A DNA stretch of 62,225 bases, counting the filler, from Chiloscyllium plagiosum (taxonomy: Eukaryota): assembly GCF_004010195.1 (NCBI RefSeq). It is 3 parts of one record of this genome, joined end to end, with 100 filler letters (N's around TTAATTAATTAA, not from the genome) between each part and the next. Parts side by side here need not be neighbours in the genome. Positions count along the whole stretch, not along the records: positions 1 to 27,104 come from NC_057714.1; 2 more parts are not named here. One strand, written 5' to 3'. The notes under the pieces are model-generated. The model searched no databases. It was given only the letters and a program-made list of their open reading frames with translations, and was not told where the DNA came from. Shown here in pieces: positions 11,461 through 24,230 of the stretch. A program made the translations under genes and the position numbers. The stretch's first letter is position 1. Every line of letters starts with the position of its first letter.

Positions 11461-14400
11461 AAGGAAAGTGATAAATTGATTTGTTAGGTCCTTTAATGGT
11501 TGTCACATCAAATGTGAATTTTCTATTTATATTTGATTAAATTGCTCTATTCAATCAGCAAAACCAACAGCTAGCAAAAAAAATCCCAATGCCAGCATTC
11601 ATCCAAACCAAATAATATGGCACAAATGAACCACGCCAAAGGTGAATTTTAGCAATATATAAAGATAACTTTTCATCACAAATTCAGGATCTAATCTTAA
11701 AGAAATGATTGTGCATCTCTAGCATTGGAGTCAAGAATCTGACAAGTTTGCAGAACTAATGAAAAATTAATCATAGGAACTGGTAATACTTAATGCAAAT
11801 TAACATTTATTGAAAGCAAAATTGAGGTAAATAACCCCCTTTGTGTGTCAGTGTGGTGCCTTCTATCTGTTGGATTGTCTATGACATACAGCTGGCATCT
11901 TATGAAGCCTCACAGCACGTAACTCAAGAAATGGGTCGTTTTTATTTTTGTCTCAGGCTAATCCATTCATTAATTTCATCCACTCAGTTTGCAGATTTTA
12001 CGTCAAACATGGTGTGTACAGTTCTATGAAGCTGTTTTGCTGATGTGAGCACATAAATAAATGGTGTTTGGAAGAGGCTTGAGTTGTAACATAAATATCT
12101 AATTTGCCAAAATAAATTATTATCTGTAAACCACATACCTGCATCTGCGGTATGCCAGTATTATTTTGGCCCCTTCACTTACACTTAATATTTAATAGTC
12201 CACAATAAAGAACCTTTTTATTATTCCACTAATATCTTTATACTGATTCATGCGACAAGAAACAGTAACCTCTTATGAATAAAGTGCATTCCTTTTCGAA
12301 TTTTAAGTCAGGTAGCTACTGGAACTGATGCTGTAAAACAGGAGTTTATTCAAATCACAGATGGTCCAAAGCTGAAATTATTCAACACCCATACCCACAA
12401 CCGAGTGATGGAACACGTGTTACTCAATAAATAATATTTCGTGGAAATACACTTGCAAAATGATTCTACATGTTATACTGCTGCATCTAAGTATTCAGCA
12501 GATCCTCATGAAGTCAACCATCTGATCTACCAGCTTGAATAATAAGAACAGTTATGCAATACATGTGTAAGAAATACAACAGTTATAGTGTGAAAAACCT
12601 GAATTAATAATCTTGCACATTGACTTGCATTGTTCACTTAACATAACTGAAGCTTCTGCTTTTTTTGTGCAACCTCAGTTCCTCAGCATGTGTACATTTG
12701 GGTAATGTGGCATCCAGCCATGTTTGTTCCTTTTGAACAGATTGGCATTATGTAGAGTGCTTTAAAGCTGCATACAAATAAGATGAAAATATAACTTTGA
12801 ATGATTTGTGCAGAATTCATATACAGTATTATAACTTATATCTACAAGAAAAGATTCTCTACTTGTTTCTTTGCGCTCTTTTGTTGAAAACAAATATTAT
12901 CTAATTACTCAAATTTAACCTCAGTGTCTACTGAGAGCCTAAGAAAACAAACATCTATGCTAATTACTAAACCTAAGGACTAGCAGTGTTCAATGTACAC
13001 TTCCATCAGCTTCCCTACCATCTGCTTATCCATTTATCCAAACTTAGCTTGGATGGAATTAAGTCAATTGTAGAATGTTTTATAGTGGAAGAGAATTTCT
13101 TATTGAGAGTCAAATGGGTGAACAAAATGTAGCTGGAGTTTTCTTGGTTCTTATGGTCTGAATTTCTCAGTATCACAAAAAAAAAATGAGTATTTGATGG
13201 ACAACCATCTAACCTATTTCAAACAACTCCATTACTGCTTCTCTTAAAACATAGCGAATTTAAAACATTTAGTGGGTATATTTTTACCAGAAATAATTGG
13301 TTACCAAGGGCCATTGAGTAGGAACCTTGTGTAGGCAGGATTTCACAGTCTCAGGCCTGGTACTGGTATGGGATCCTGATGCCTCCATGGTATTTTTTCA
13401 TTTTCGAAGAATAGCAGATGGAGGGATTGGGAAATATAGTGGCCACCAAGTAACAGCTTCTTAAGGATCTTAATAAAGGCTCTATCCCTGCTTAGCCCAG
13501 GAATTTTCCAAGCTTCTTTGGGCTAGTCCAAGCAGTCTTCTGCCTTTCATACATAGCTGCCAGGTGCCCCACAGGACCTAATCAAGTTACTTTGTGAATG
13601 ATATTCATTCAAATATGCAAGGTAACTAGCACCGGTGTGAGTGCTACTCTTAACTTTAAGCTCCACTTTCTGAAGTGTTATACCCTCTTAATATCTCATG
13701 AGTTGCTTGTTCTCTAAGGTATTAGCGAGTCAGCCCACAGCAAATCCTATAATTGGCAAAGTCCTCATTGCCATCACCATCTTAGATCACTACCTCAGAC
13801 ACAATTTGAGCTATCTTGGGTAAATTCTTTGCCACATATCCTTCTTGCTGGTATTGTCTCAGCTACTGATACCATTTGAGGAATGGTGACCACACAAGGT
13901 CTTAGGAAGATGATGGCTCAATCTTGATGAACAGTAAATAGGTTTATTATATGATAATTAGTATCTAGTTACATTCTTGTTAAGATATATAATTGTCTTT
14001 TGTGGGACACCAAGCTCAACTTAAGAGTAAACACACATTATCACCTGCTGTTAATATGAAGAACAATCACTGAAGCACACATATTGGTTCACCCCTCCCA
14101 GAAACACTCCTATGTCCGGATATTCAAGTTTATCTTGTGGCATCCATTAAATCTTTCAGGTACTAATGGTCTTATACATTCAGATATATCTACTTTTTTC
14201 CATCAGAAGGTAGCTCTTATCTTCTGGAGGCATTTGGTGCCAAATTCCTCCAAACCAATTGGGCCAATAAACATATCTACATGTAAAAATTGTATTATGA
14301 GAGGAATGTACCTCAGGCACAGAATTAAGATCCTCTATTCTTGTGATGTCATGTATCTGACACTGACTGAGAATCAATCAGGTCATTGGTAAAGATGATT

Positions 14401-14635
14401 CAAAAGCTTTGTTTATTTTTCTTTTATCTTCCTCAAACAATTTTGGTAATTCCATGCTTTGTGAAAGCCAGATATCTATTGTACCCGCACTCATTGAATA
14501 TAATGGAAATATTAGAGCATTATGTAGGATGTCATATTCACATGTTGGTATTATAACAGAAATATTACTTCATTTATAAACAATTTTACTACAAAATTAC
14601 ATGGTTAATGGTTCTACTCTAAAGCTAAGGTGTCA

Positions 14636-15480
14636 GTCTTGTTTTAGTGGTAGCACTGACATAACATAGGCAGAAGAATTTGGGTTCAAGTGCCACTCTG
14701 AATAACAGTGAGAAAGATTCCAAAGATATGGTCGAGCCAGCACAGACTGAATGATCTTCTTTTATGCTCTACTATTTGATTATGGCATAACTCCAAGTGA
14801 TAGAGTGCGGAGGGAGCATTACACTGTTGGAGGTTCTCTGATCAGATGTACATCAAAATCTTGTTCAACACCTCAGGTCAACATGAAGGATTCCACATTG
14901 TTATTTTAATCATGAGCAGTGGAGCTATATACAATGCTCTGGCAAACATTTACCATTCAAACCAACATAACTAAAACATTTATATAAAACAAAGAACTGT
15001 GGATGCTGGAGGTATGAAATAAACAAAAAAGAAATTATGAGAGAAACACAGCAGGTCATGGAGAAAAAAAAGAATAAATGTGTCAAAACCTTTGATTCTT
15101 TTTAAGAATTAAGCCTTACCGTTTCCAAAAAAGAGAAAATGCTGGAAAAGAAAATCTCAGCAAGTCTGGCAGCATCTGAAAGGACAGAAAAGAGCTGACG
15201 TTTCGAGTCTAACTGACCCTTTGTCGAAGCTAGATAGTTAGACTCGAAATGTCAGCTCTTTTCTCTCCTTCCAGATGCTGCCAGACTTGCTGAGATTTTC
15301 CAGCATATTCTCTTTTTTGGTTTCAGATTCCAGCATCCGCAGTAATTTGCTTTTATTTTTAAGCCTTACTGTTTGGCTGAATATTCTTGTTTGTTGAAAT
15401 TGATTGTTGCTTTCCTTATATTACAATATCAACTATATATCAAAAGTTCTGCACATGCTGGAGAACATTTGCAGGTCTCC
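14636..15480 (+). mobile_element. Deu-domain SINE (SacSINE1/AmnSINE-like), interrupted by PLE-derived inserts
   Basis: tRNA-like head (agtggtagcact...gggttcaagtgccact), Deu core (gaaggattccacattgttatttt...gagcagtggag...ctggcaaacattta); 3' part resumes after 15360. Confidence 0.6.
15125..15358. mobile_element. PLE-derived foldback element with 16-bp TSD
   Basis: About 90-bp inverted arms (15125-15214 vs 15236-15320) plus extra 3' tail on the right. TSD ttaagccttac(c/t)gttt at 15109-15124 and 15359-15374. Hammerhead-like stem II GGGTC-agtta-GACTC then GAAACGTC on minus, with a non-canonical TCGACAA core. Confidence 0.85.
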
Positions 15481-15763
15481 CAAGATAATAAAAACCAGAA
15501 TATAATTGCACATTTGCTCTTTTTTCCTTAAAAACTGTTCAATTATCAGATTGATACAATCAAGAATTATGGAATATGATGATAGCTCTTCAACATGAAA
15601 CATTAATTTTGATTCTCTCTTCACAGTACTGTCTAATCCAAATTTTTTCTAACATGTTTTGTTTTATTTTAGATTTTCAGCACCTGTGGTACTTTGCTTT
15701 TGTATACAGTTAGGAATTTGAGAATACTATACTGCTATTCTATAATTCCAATGAGGTTTGATC

Positions 15764-16628
15764 TGTGATAAGTCTAATTTGGGCCCCCTCTTGGGTTGAC
15801 TGATTTACTCAATAAAATTGGTTGGAAAAAAAAGAGCAAGTGAAGCAACTAATTTTTTCAACAGGTCTTTCCAAACTACAACTACTGTACCAGCTGAGCC
15901 AAAACATTTCCCAGAGTGAATTTTTTAAAGGAAATCTTTGTGTGTTCAATCTTGGGGGGCTTTGGGGCGAGGGTTGACTGATTTGACTCCTGGACATTGG
16001 ATTGTTCAATAAAATGGCTCACCAACAAAAAGTCAGAGCTGGGGCAAAAGTCCTGAATACTTTTGAAGAAAACTCCAGAAGCAAAAAAAACTTTTTGAAT
16101 TTGAGGATATGGAATTTCCATATCCAAGTGAATTTTTTTAGCCGTCAGTAGGAAGGGAGTTACATAAACCAATTAAAGCTCTGTCAACTCAGCTGAACAA
16201 GAAACTGTAAAGTGGAGTTAGAGTGACCCTTGGTTAATGTTTCTGTAAAATTGTTGAAGGAAAGGTGTTAAATCTTTATTTACAATACAGTTTCAATTAG
16301 TTCTTATGCAGTGTCATGCAGTTAGTGTTTCTATTTGCTTATATGTTTAATAAGCTTCCCTGATTTTTGTTTTGTTAAAAGTTCATTGGCAGTCTCTTGT
16401 GAATATGTAAAATGATTATCTACTATGGGAAATAAAATGTAAAAAATAAAACTTATGGTCTGTCAAATCAAGTTTTACTCTGGGATTTTCCTGAAGGGCT
16501 CATGCCTGAAACGTTGATTCTCCTGTTCCCTGATTGCTGCCTGACCTGCTGCGCTTTTCCAGCAACACATTTTCAGCTTTTTACTCTGGGATTTGACTTG
16601 TCCAGTGTTAACAGCTGTGAACTTGACA
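15764..16628 (+). mobile_element. Probable solo LTR
   Basis: TG...CA ends, T-rich U5-like 3' half, no coding remnant. Confidence 0.4.
16489..16578 (+). mobile_element. 90-bp PLE 3'-end insertion with 16-bp TSD, starting at the hammerhead core
   Basis: TSD ttttactctgggattt at 16473-16488 and 16579-16594. Body tcctgaagggctcatgcctgaaacgttgattctcctg...gctgcctgacctgctgcgcttttccagc matches 48100-48190. Confidence 0.88.
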
Positions 16629-17264
16629 AATGAATAAATGTATCTGGCCTGGGAATGAATAGTGGCTGACAATGGAAGAGAACATGCATTGGATACTGCA
16701 CTGGAGAGTGTAGTCTGATAGATAAACTGCCAGCTCTTTTCTAAGTCAACCTTGGATCAGGCATAACTCTCAGATGATTCCTCTCAACCTTAGATCAAAA
16801 AGACAGATCCTAAAGACAGCAAATAGTTCTGAAGGACTGATCAAAGGATAGGAGCCCCCTGAGAGTACTATCATCCTCCCAATAGTGTTTTTAACAAGTT
16901 TCAGACAGGTTATGATATCTTGAATATTAACAGAGCATAGTAATACTTCCTCAGTAACGTACTCCCCTACCAAAGCAGGTATGGAGTCAAATTCACAAGT
17001 TAAGAATACTGTAAACTTTATGAGGGAATATAAATTCTAAAATAAGAGGATGTTTATTGAAGAACTGAAAATGCAATTCATATTGTGCTGCACAGAGTCA
17101 ATTGCAATGCTAAAAATGTTGCAAGATAAGAAAAAAAATGAATTGTTTTAGTAGGATAAATAGTTTTTAAATCCAATTAATGCTACAGTAAAATATTTTG
17201 AGTAAGAGATCCATCATTTTTTTCTTTCATGAAAAACACCATTGACAGGGACAGCAATTGTTCC

Positions 17265-17555
17265 CCATCTAATCGCTAGTGGTGCAGAGGATATTTTTAG
17301 AGTCAACCATATTACTATGGGTTTAGAGTCATATGCAGACCAGACTGGTTAAGGGTGGTGGATGCCCTTCTCAGAGGACATTCGTTGACCCGATGGGTTC
17401 TTACAGCATTTGATGACGAACCAGCTTTATCATTCCATTTCCTGAAATTGAACTGAAATTCTTCCAGATGTTAGCATGGGATTTGAACTCACCCCAGAGG
17501 TTTTGGTAAGCCTTTGGATTAAGAATGCTGCACCATTAGCACTATACTACCCTCT
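17265..17555 (-). mobile_element. tRNA-derived SINE remnant (same family as 28612-28950)
   Basis: Shared block agagtcaacca...gagtcacatg...gaccag...aagg; B-box-like gggatttgaac read on minus. Confidence 0.6.
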
Positions 17556-18053
17556 CCCCTCATTCATTTTGACTCTTAAGTAAGAGTACATACTTAACAA
17601 GAAATGCTGACCCAAGTGGAAGAGAATTACAACCTAAAAGTCAAACTTTTATTATGAGTCACTGGAACCAATTCAGCAAATCTATAATTTCAATATTTGC
17701 TTTCATTAATTATAAGGTTTCTTGATGTTGCATAACTAATATCTTGATGGGGACAATATCATAGCTGTAATTTAATTCAGACTCATCATGTCTGAAATAA
17801 GTATGCATCACTGTTAATTTCTGAATAGATTCGGCCTGCTTTAATTTATTAAAAAAACTTACATAACAGTCAATTTCCAGGCATGGTCTAACACTCAATT
17901 AAGGAAGACACACTGAGGGAAATCATGATGGTCAATAGTCATTAGTTATTTGGCTGTGTTTTAAAATGATAATGCAGGTTTTGGCTTGGGATTGCTTAGT
18001 ATTTCAACTGATTGCAGTTTAATGCTGTTTACATAAGGTCATCTTATCAAATA

Positions 18054-18227
18054 GGAGAAAGTGAGGTCTGCAGATGCTGGAGATCAGAGCTGGAAATGTG
18101 TTGCTGGAAAAGCACAGCAGGTCAGGCAGCATCCAGGGAACAGGAGAATCGGCTTATGCCCGAAACTTCGATTGTCCTGTTCCCTGGATGCTGCCTGACC
18201 TGCTGTGCTTTTCCAGCAACACATTTC
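18054..18227. mobile_element. PLE-derived foldback element with 14-bp TSD
   Basis: TSD catcttatcaaata at 18040-18053 and 18228-18241. About 60-bp inverted arms 18092-18151 / 18169-18228. Full 3' tail on the left (minus). Partial hammerhead ggcttatgcccgaaac in the loop. Confidence 0.9.
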
Positions 18228-18494
18228 CATCTTATCAAATACTACACTGTGGTAGCCTTTCTGACAGATTGCAAAAAAGTTTGTGGCTTTAATTGTTGAT
18301 CTCTCTTATCAGTGGTTCTTTAATTACTGCAAGAAGTGACAAGTTGGTTCATCCAACTGCTCATGCAGTTTAAGAACAGTGTTTAATTTTTCTAATTTTT
18401 CATAATTCTTTCAACCTCATCACAACTCGCCAGCCTTCTCCCTCCACCTCTCCGTCTCCATTATACATCATTGACAAAGCATTATTTCTTTACC

Positions 18495-19460
18495 TTGAGT
18501 CTTTCATGTTGGTGGATGAATGGAAAAGCACAAGGATGTCAAAGTGAAAAGAAACCCTTCAGACACACAATGAGAAGGCAGTAGAACCAGATAGCCAAAG
18601 AGGTCAATGCCCAGTGTCTTATACCCCCAAGCAGTACCTCACAAGCTTGAATGATCTCACGCAAGTAGTCAAGTCTGGTGAATGCATCTTCAAATACTGT
18701 CTCCTACCATCAGTATGATTGGCCTTATCCAGGGCTCAATACAACATACTCTCATCACGTATCTTCTAACAATTTCTACCAATCAAGAATCAGACTTAGC
18801 ATTTCTATGCTTCACTCCAACCTCACACACATTACAAACCTCAAACCAAAACCTCAATTTGCACACATTGCCAGCTATTCACCCATGAAGCCACATTACC
18901 CAGACAGAGTGCATAACACTCACAGATACACTTCTCTTACTTGCAAATGTTTCTCTCATAAGTGTGAGCTATGCCTCTGTTAGTAGAACTCTAGCCTCTG
19001 AGTCACAGGACTTGAGTACAAACATCAACATTGACACTGCAATGCGATAATTAGGGAGGTGTTAGCTTTTGGATAAGACATTGAACTTCAGCTCCATCTG
19101 TCTGCTCAGTTGGATGTAAAAAGATCCTATGGTATTATTTCAATGAAAAACAGGGGAGGTATCCCCAGTACCCTGGCCAATATTTATTCCAGTCGAGATC
19201 ATATTAGTTTATCTGATCACTAATACTCTAGGGTTGTGGGAGTTTACTGTGTGAAACAATTGGTTGTGTTACCTGCATTACAAATGTAACTATATTTCAA
19301 AAATACCACCTTGATTGAAACCTTTGATTGATGCCTTTGAAACATCAAGTAGTAGTGAAAGGTGTGGTACAAATGCAAATATTTGGCTTTCTTGCAGGAG
19401 AAGGTGGTGGCCAGTCAGAGACAACAGGAATTAATAGGAATGGTGAGTGGAGTGGAAATG
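18495..19460 (+). mobile_element. Decayed Myb/SANT-like ORF typical of PIF/Harbinger elements, in two exon-like pieces
   Basis: Broken-frame peptides LVDE...HTMRRQ*NQIAKEVNAQCLIP...LNDLTQVVK, then ttgcAG|EKVVASQRQQELIG at 19398. Resembles Myb_DNA-bind_5 proteins. Confidence 0.55.
18982..19384 (+). mobile_element. Deu-domain SINE
   Basis: gatgtaaaaagatcctatggtattatttcaatgaaaaacaggggaggtatccccagtaccctggccaatatttattcc core; 3' end gtgaaaggtgtggtacaaatgcaa. Confidence 0.75.
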
Positions 19461-20439
19461 TACAACTGACAAGCTACAGAGAGTAAAAAAACACACATCC
19501 TCCTCTCCCGTGACCACAACAGAACCATTTTTCTTGTTGTTTTGTATACACAAGAACTAAAAACTGGAACAGGTAGTGGTGAAAAAGCAGGATGACAGTG
19601 AAGATGAAAGTACATATTCACTCTGTTTCACATCTGCAGTCCAGGTGTTGACTGTTGCTACATACAGTTTAAAAGAGGAGAGAAGGGATCTGCATAATGC
19701 TGGAGCTGGTCCAGGAGGGAAAGCATGTTGGAGATGCCAGCTCAATGAAAAGTGAGATCTCACACGAATTCTGTTGCAGAGGACTCGGCCTAAAAGTGAC
19801 AAAGCAGGCTACTGGGCACATATAGCCAAAGGTCTTGTGTACAGCAAGGCCTGCCAGGAAGCTCGTGTTCAATATCAAGAAACATGTATGAATCCAACAT
19901 CAACTTGGCACAAGATTTTGTGTACAACATGGTGCCCATTCTTCCCAACATCGAATTGGGGGCCACCTTCTCCATCTTGCTGCAGTCTCTGATGGTCTGG
20001 GTTCATTGCAACAAAGTAACATCTGGCATCCACCACTGAGGCTCAGACTGCTGCCATCATGGTTCTGAATTCAGGATGCCAAGGTCAGACACTATGCTTG
20101 AAATCTATCCTCCAATGTGTCTGTTCCCTTAAAAACCCTCTATGCACATGATTGGCCACGATTCTCCCCCATCTTCCTCCATCATTACCTTATACAGGTC
20201 TGACTCTTTTCAGCCCCAAAGAGGGTATATCAGGGGTGCAGATAAAGGCTCAGGGGCTTTCACTTTTTTGGGTGGCTGGGGGGTGGGTAAGAGAGTCAGA
20301 TCAGTGAGGGAGCATCTATCTGGGGTTGGCGAGAATGAAACACTAAGGCTCATGGACTTCCTCATACCATCTGGGACTGAGGGGATTTGGGCCTGTGAGG
20401 GAGCATGCAGTGGGGGCTGCTGAAAAGGGACCTCAGCTC

Positions 20440-21470
20440 ATTTTATAAATTAATCTCAGAATAACATCACAAAAATTAATCCAAGGATGACATCACAGGA
20501 CGGTTGTGAGTTGATTAGTTATTAACAAATTCTGTTCATGACTATGTTTCAACTAAAGCAATTTTGATGAATATAAATTTCTAAAACAGGATGATTTATT
20601 GTTGGTAATACAAGAGCAAGGTTAAAGTAAATTAAAATAATTAGAAGTAACTAAAGCTAAAGTAACAAAATGTAAGTGTTTATGGTTAAGGAATGGCAGG
20701 ACACCTCGGTCAAGTAAAATGCCTATCCTATGGTATCTAGAGAGTCAGGATGCTTCCTGTGACCCAGACAAACCCATGTGTAGGAAGTGTCACAAGCTTA
20801 GTTTCAGAAGTTTAGTGGTGAGTGACACTGAGGTGCATCCACAAGGCAGAGAACTACAGGACAGTAGAGAGGTGTTCACACCATACTAAAGGCCAAGCAG
20901 ACAGATAGAGAATGGGTGACTGCCAGACAGACAGTCATCCTAGAAGATTAGGCAGAAGGAGCAGAAGTCCCCAGAACACAGCTCATGAAGCTGACAGCTG
21001 GAACTGACAACCGGAAGTGGCAGATACAAATCACTATAAATGCCAGAGGAAACATCACAGAAGCGCTTCACAGGAGGCTCCCAAGCACTGAGGATGTTAC
21101 CTAGACAGGGGACGAAACATCTACAACACAAATTCCCAGCTCGGCGAACAGAACCACAACAACGAGCACCCAAGCTAAAAATCTTTGATCATGAACCAGG
21201 TTTCCATTCTGGATGTTGCAGCGCAGCAAGAGCCAATTCTGTGGCACCATAGTGAGGGGAGGAAGAAGAGCGGATGGACAGTGCAGCTCCACAATCCGTT
21301 AGTTAAGGGAGCAAATAGGCATTTCTGTGGCTGTCATCATGACTCCAGGAGAGCCTGTTGCCTCCATAGTGCGAGGGTCAAGGATGTCACAGAACAGCTC
21401 TGTGGAAGGGTGAACAGCCAGAGATCTTGGTCCACAACAGTACCAATGACGTAGGTACAAATTAGTTAGG
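20440..21470 (+). mobile_element. Decayed CR1 5' region (5' UTR, ORF1 zinc finger and esterase remnants), split by a Penelope pLTR
   Basis: ATG GCA GGA CAC CTC at 20693; CRKC remnant; RHFCG...CCLHSARVKDVTEQL and TND-like remnant near 21440. Confidence 0.7.
20994..21186 (+). mobile_element. Solo Penelope pLTR / 3' end of the family at 33431-34871
   Basis: Near-identical to 34668-34857; hammerhead at 21085-21124 with the cleavage-site GTC mutated to ATC. Confidence 0.9.
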
Positions 21471-22804
21471 GACTCATGTGCTTACCTTGTCACCAATATC
21501 ATATCTGACTCAGATGTTCATGTGTGACGCAGACACTATTTCACAGACTCAATAACTAAAATTGGATTCTACTGTCTCAACTTTATACCTTGGGTTTTAT
21601 ATCCACACAAGGTTTCATTCTGCCTGGCTTTCCTGTAGAGCATGAAAAATTGTATATGCTCTGCTTGGCAAACAGGGTGGCTGCAGTGTGAAAATGGTGC
21701 TGCCTTGTTCTCATTGGGGAAGAATGGTCAGGATCCCCAGCTACTTGAAATGGGCATATTTCTACACATTTGGAACATTCATTGCAATTGTGAAGTGCCA
21801 ATGTGCAACATGTACTAAAGCACACTCTGACCATTTGTAATTGCTTTAAATGTTACCACTGACTGAGGACATCTTTCCACTGGGATTATCTCCTCCGCTC
21901 CAGCCAATTGTTCAACTATTCTCCGGCTCTGCAGTGGGCTAGTCAAATTTCCACCATCTCCAGCCAGTGAGCTGTTCTAATATGCCTGCAGCTTATTGCA
22001 TTTAAACAAGGCTGAGCCTAGAATCAATGCCCAATGCATGTCAAATTGAAATTGGCCCCATGGAGTGATGTGTTGCTAGAGGCCCTGTTCAGCAGATGAG
22101 ATCTTAAATTGAAATGGTTTATGATAAAACAGTGGTACAGAATGACTGATCAGTTTGCCTATGAAACAATAATGAAGAGCAATGTACACTGTTTAGAGTA
22201 AAATGTTTTGAGATATTTTAGCATAATTAGGCATGGTATGGACTGAAGTATTTATTTCAAACCCTCATCTGCCAAGAGTGGAACATTGTGATTCCTCTCA
22301 GAATGCAGTGAAGGCCTAATTGATTTTCTGAACTCATTAGATTACTGAACTTGATGAGAATAGGCCAAAATGGAGAGCACAGCAAAGTTAAACAGATGGG
22401 AGTATGCTGTCAGCCCTCTGTCAAAAACACATGGCAACCAGATATTTCCACCACTTAGCTTGCCCTCTGTTTATTATCTCCTGTAGCCACATATTTGGCA
22501 TCAATATAAAATATTTGCACAGAAGCTTCAAATGGTGTTATAACTGATCTTGGAATATTTTTTATGATGTTGTCTGCTGTTAATATTGCTAATGCTCACT
22601 CCTTATCAATAAATCAAATCAGATTTTTTTTCTGAACTATGACAGTGACCTTTCTCCCCATGTGGCCCTAACATTGAATTTAGATTTCAAATACATTCAG
22701 GAAGATTTGAGAAACCGAGACTTGTCTAACTTCTCTCACTTTCCCAAGATCCTATTTCCTCTTGCTCCTGTTTTCTATGCATCCCTATTTTACCCATTCT
22801 CTTT

Positions 22805-22930
22805 ATAGAATCACAGAATCACTACAGTGTGGAAGAAGACCATTCAGCCCATCGTGCCCACAATGACACTCCGAACCAGACCCACTCCCCTACATCATCC
22901 CTGTAACTCTGCATTTCCCATGGCTAATTA
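22805..22930 (-). mobile_element. HE1/CR1-type 3' tail fragment
   Basis: atagaatcacagaatcactacagtgtggaagaagaccattcagcccatcg. Confidence 0.65.
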
Positions 22931-23272
22931 TCAAATCCCTACAGTACTTTCTCTACCCCTGCTCTCTCCATTCTCCACTTTAAATAGACTTCACCTTTCA
23001 CCATAGTGCATTCCTCCCATTCCTATTATTGTACAAGTTAATGCTACTGAAGGTGTTAACATTGAAACTGCCTTAAGCTCCACCCAATCTGATAACGTCA
23101 CATAGATAAGAAGTAGTATATTCACAAGTAATTTTGATCATTGGAATTTATATTGAAGACGGCTGTCTTTGTGAAGCACCAGTAATCCCAGATAACCTTA
23201 AAAGGGGCACTCACTGGCCACAAAGCGCAAAGCTAATGCAAGATCATAGAGGTAGCATGGGGCACTGATCTA

Positions 23273-23560
23273 CCCAGAGACCCGGGTTCAATTCCCGCCT
23301 CAGGCGACTGACTGTGTAGAGTTTGCATGTTCTCCCCGTGTCTGCGTGGGTTTCCTCCGGGTGCTCCGGTTTCCTCCCACAATCCAAAAAATGTGCAGGT
23401 TAGGCAAATTGGCCATGCTAAATTGCCCGTAGTGTTAGGTGAAGGGGTAAATGTAGGGGAATGGGTCTGGGTGGGTTACGCTTCGGCGGGTCGGTGTGGA
23501 CTTGTTGGGCCGAAGGGCCTGTTTCCACACTGTAAGTAATCTGATCTAATCTAATCTAAT
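23273..23560 (+). mobile_element. HE1-type V-SINE (5'-truncated)
   Basis: B-box gggttcaattccc, full V-domain, (TCTAA)n tail; nearly collinear with 2505-2874. Confidence 0.9.
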
Positions 23561-23679
23561 TCCTTCTCTACGTGAACTGCAAAATGCAATATGCGTTTAT
23601 CAGTAGTTATACCTGTGAGTGATGTGGGGCTGAGGGGGGAAGGGTTCTGTGCTCATACTCAGAAATGTACAATATGGAA

Positions 23680-24168
23680 ATGGATGTTATGAAACCTGAA
23701 AGGATTCAGAAAAGATTTACAGGAATATCACCAGGATTAGAGAATTTGAGCTATAGGGAGAGGCTGAATAGGCTGGGGCTGTTTTCCCTGGAGTGTTGGA
23801 GGCTGAGGGATGACCTTACAGAGGCTTATGAAAGAAAGATCGGCACAATATCGTGGGCCAAAGGGCCTGTTCTGTGCTGTACTTTTCTATGCTCTATAAA
23901 ATCATGAAGGACATGAATAGAGTAAACAGACAAGGTTTAAATGTGAGGTGCTGCATTTTGGAAAGACAAATCAGGGCAGGACTTATACACTTAATGGTAA
24001 GGTCCTAGGGAGTATTGCTGAACAAAGAGACCTTGGAGTGCAGGCTCATAGCTCCTTGAAAGTGGAGTCGCGGGTAGATAGGATAGTGAAGAAGGGATTT
24101 GGTATGCTTTCCTTTATTGGTCAGAGCATTGAGTATAGAGGTTGGAAGGTCATGTTGCAGCTGGACAG
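23680..24168 (+). mobile_element. Rearranged CR1 ORF2 3' fragments
   Basis: ERIQKRFT...ERLNRLGLFSLE followed by the normally upstream piece LHFGKTNQGRTYTLNGK...DLGVQ. Confidence 0.85.
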
Positions 24169-24230
24169 GAAACCACTTCCAATCTTTTACTGTACCTTTA
24201 CAACATGACGGATCATACCTTCATTTGAGA

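Noticed and set aside
1..13300. TEX10 3' exons expected tail-to-tail with INVS from mammalian synteny
   Set aside because: No TEX10-like peptide recognised on the plus strand.
22520..22600. KISYNTI-stop on minus as the INVS last exon
   Set aside because: Only a 3-residue resemblance and no convincing acceptor in the right phase.
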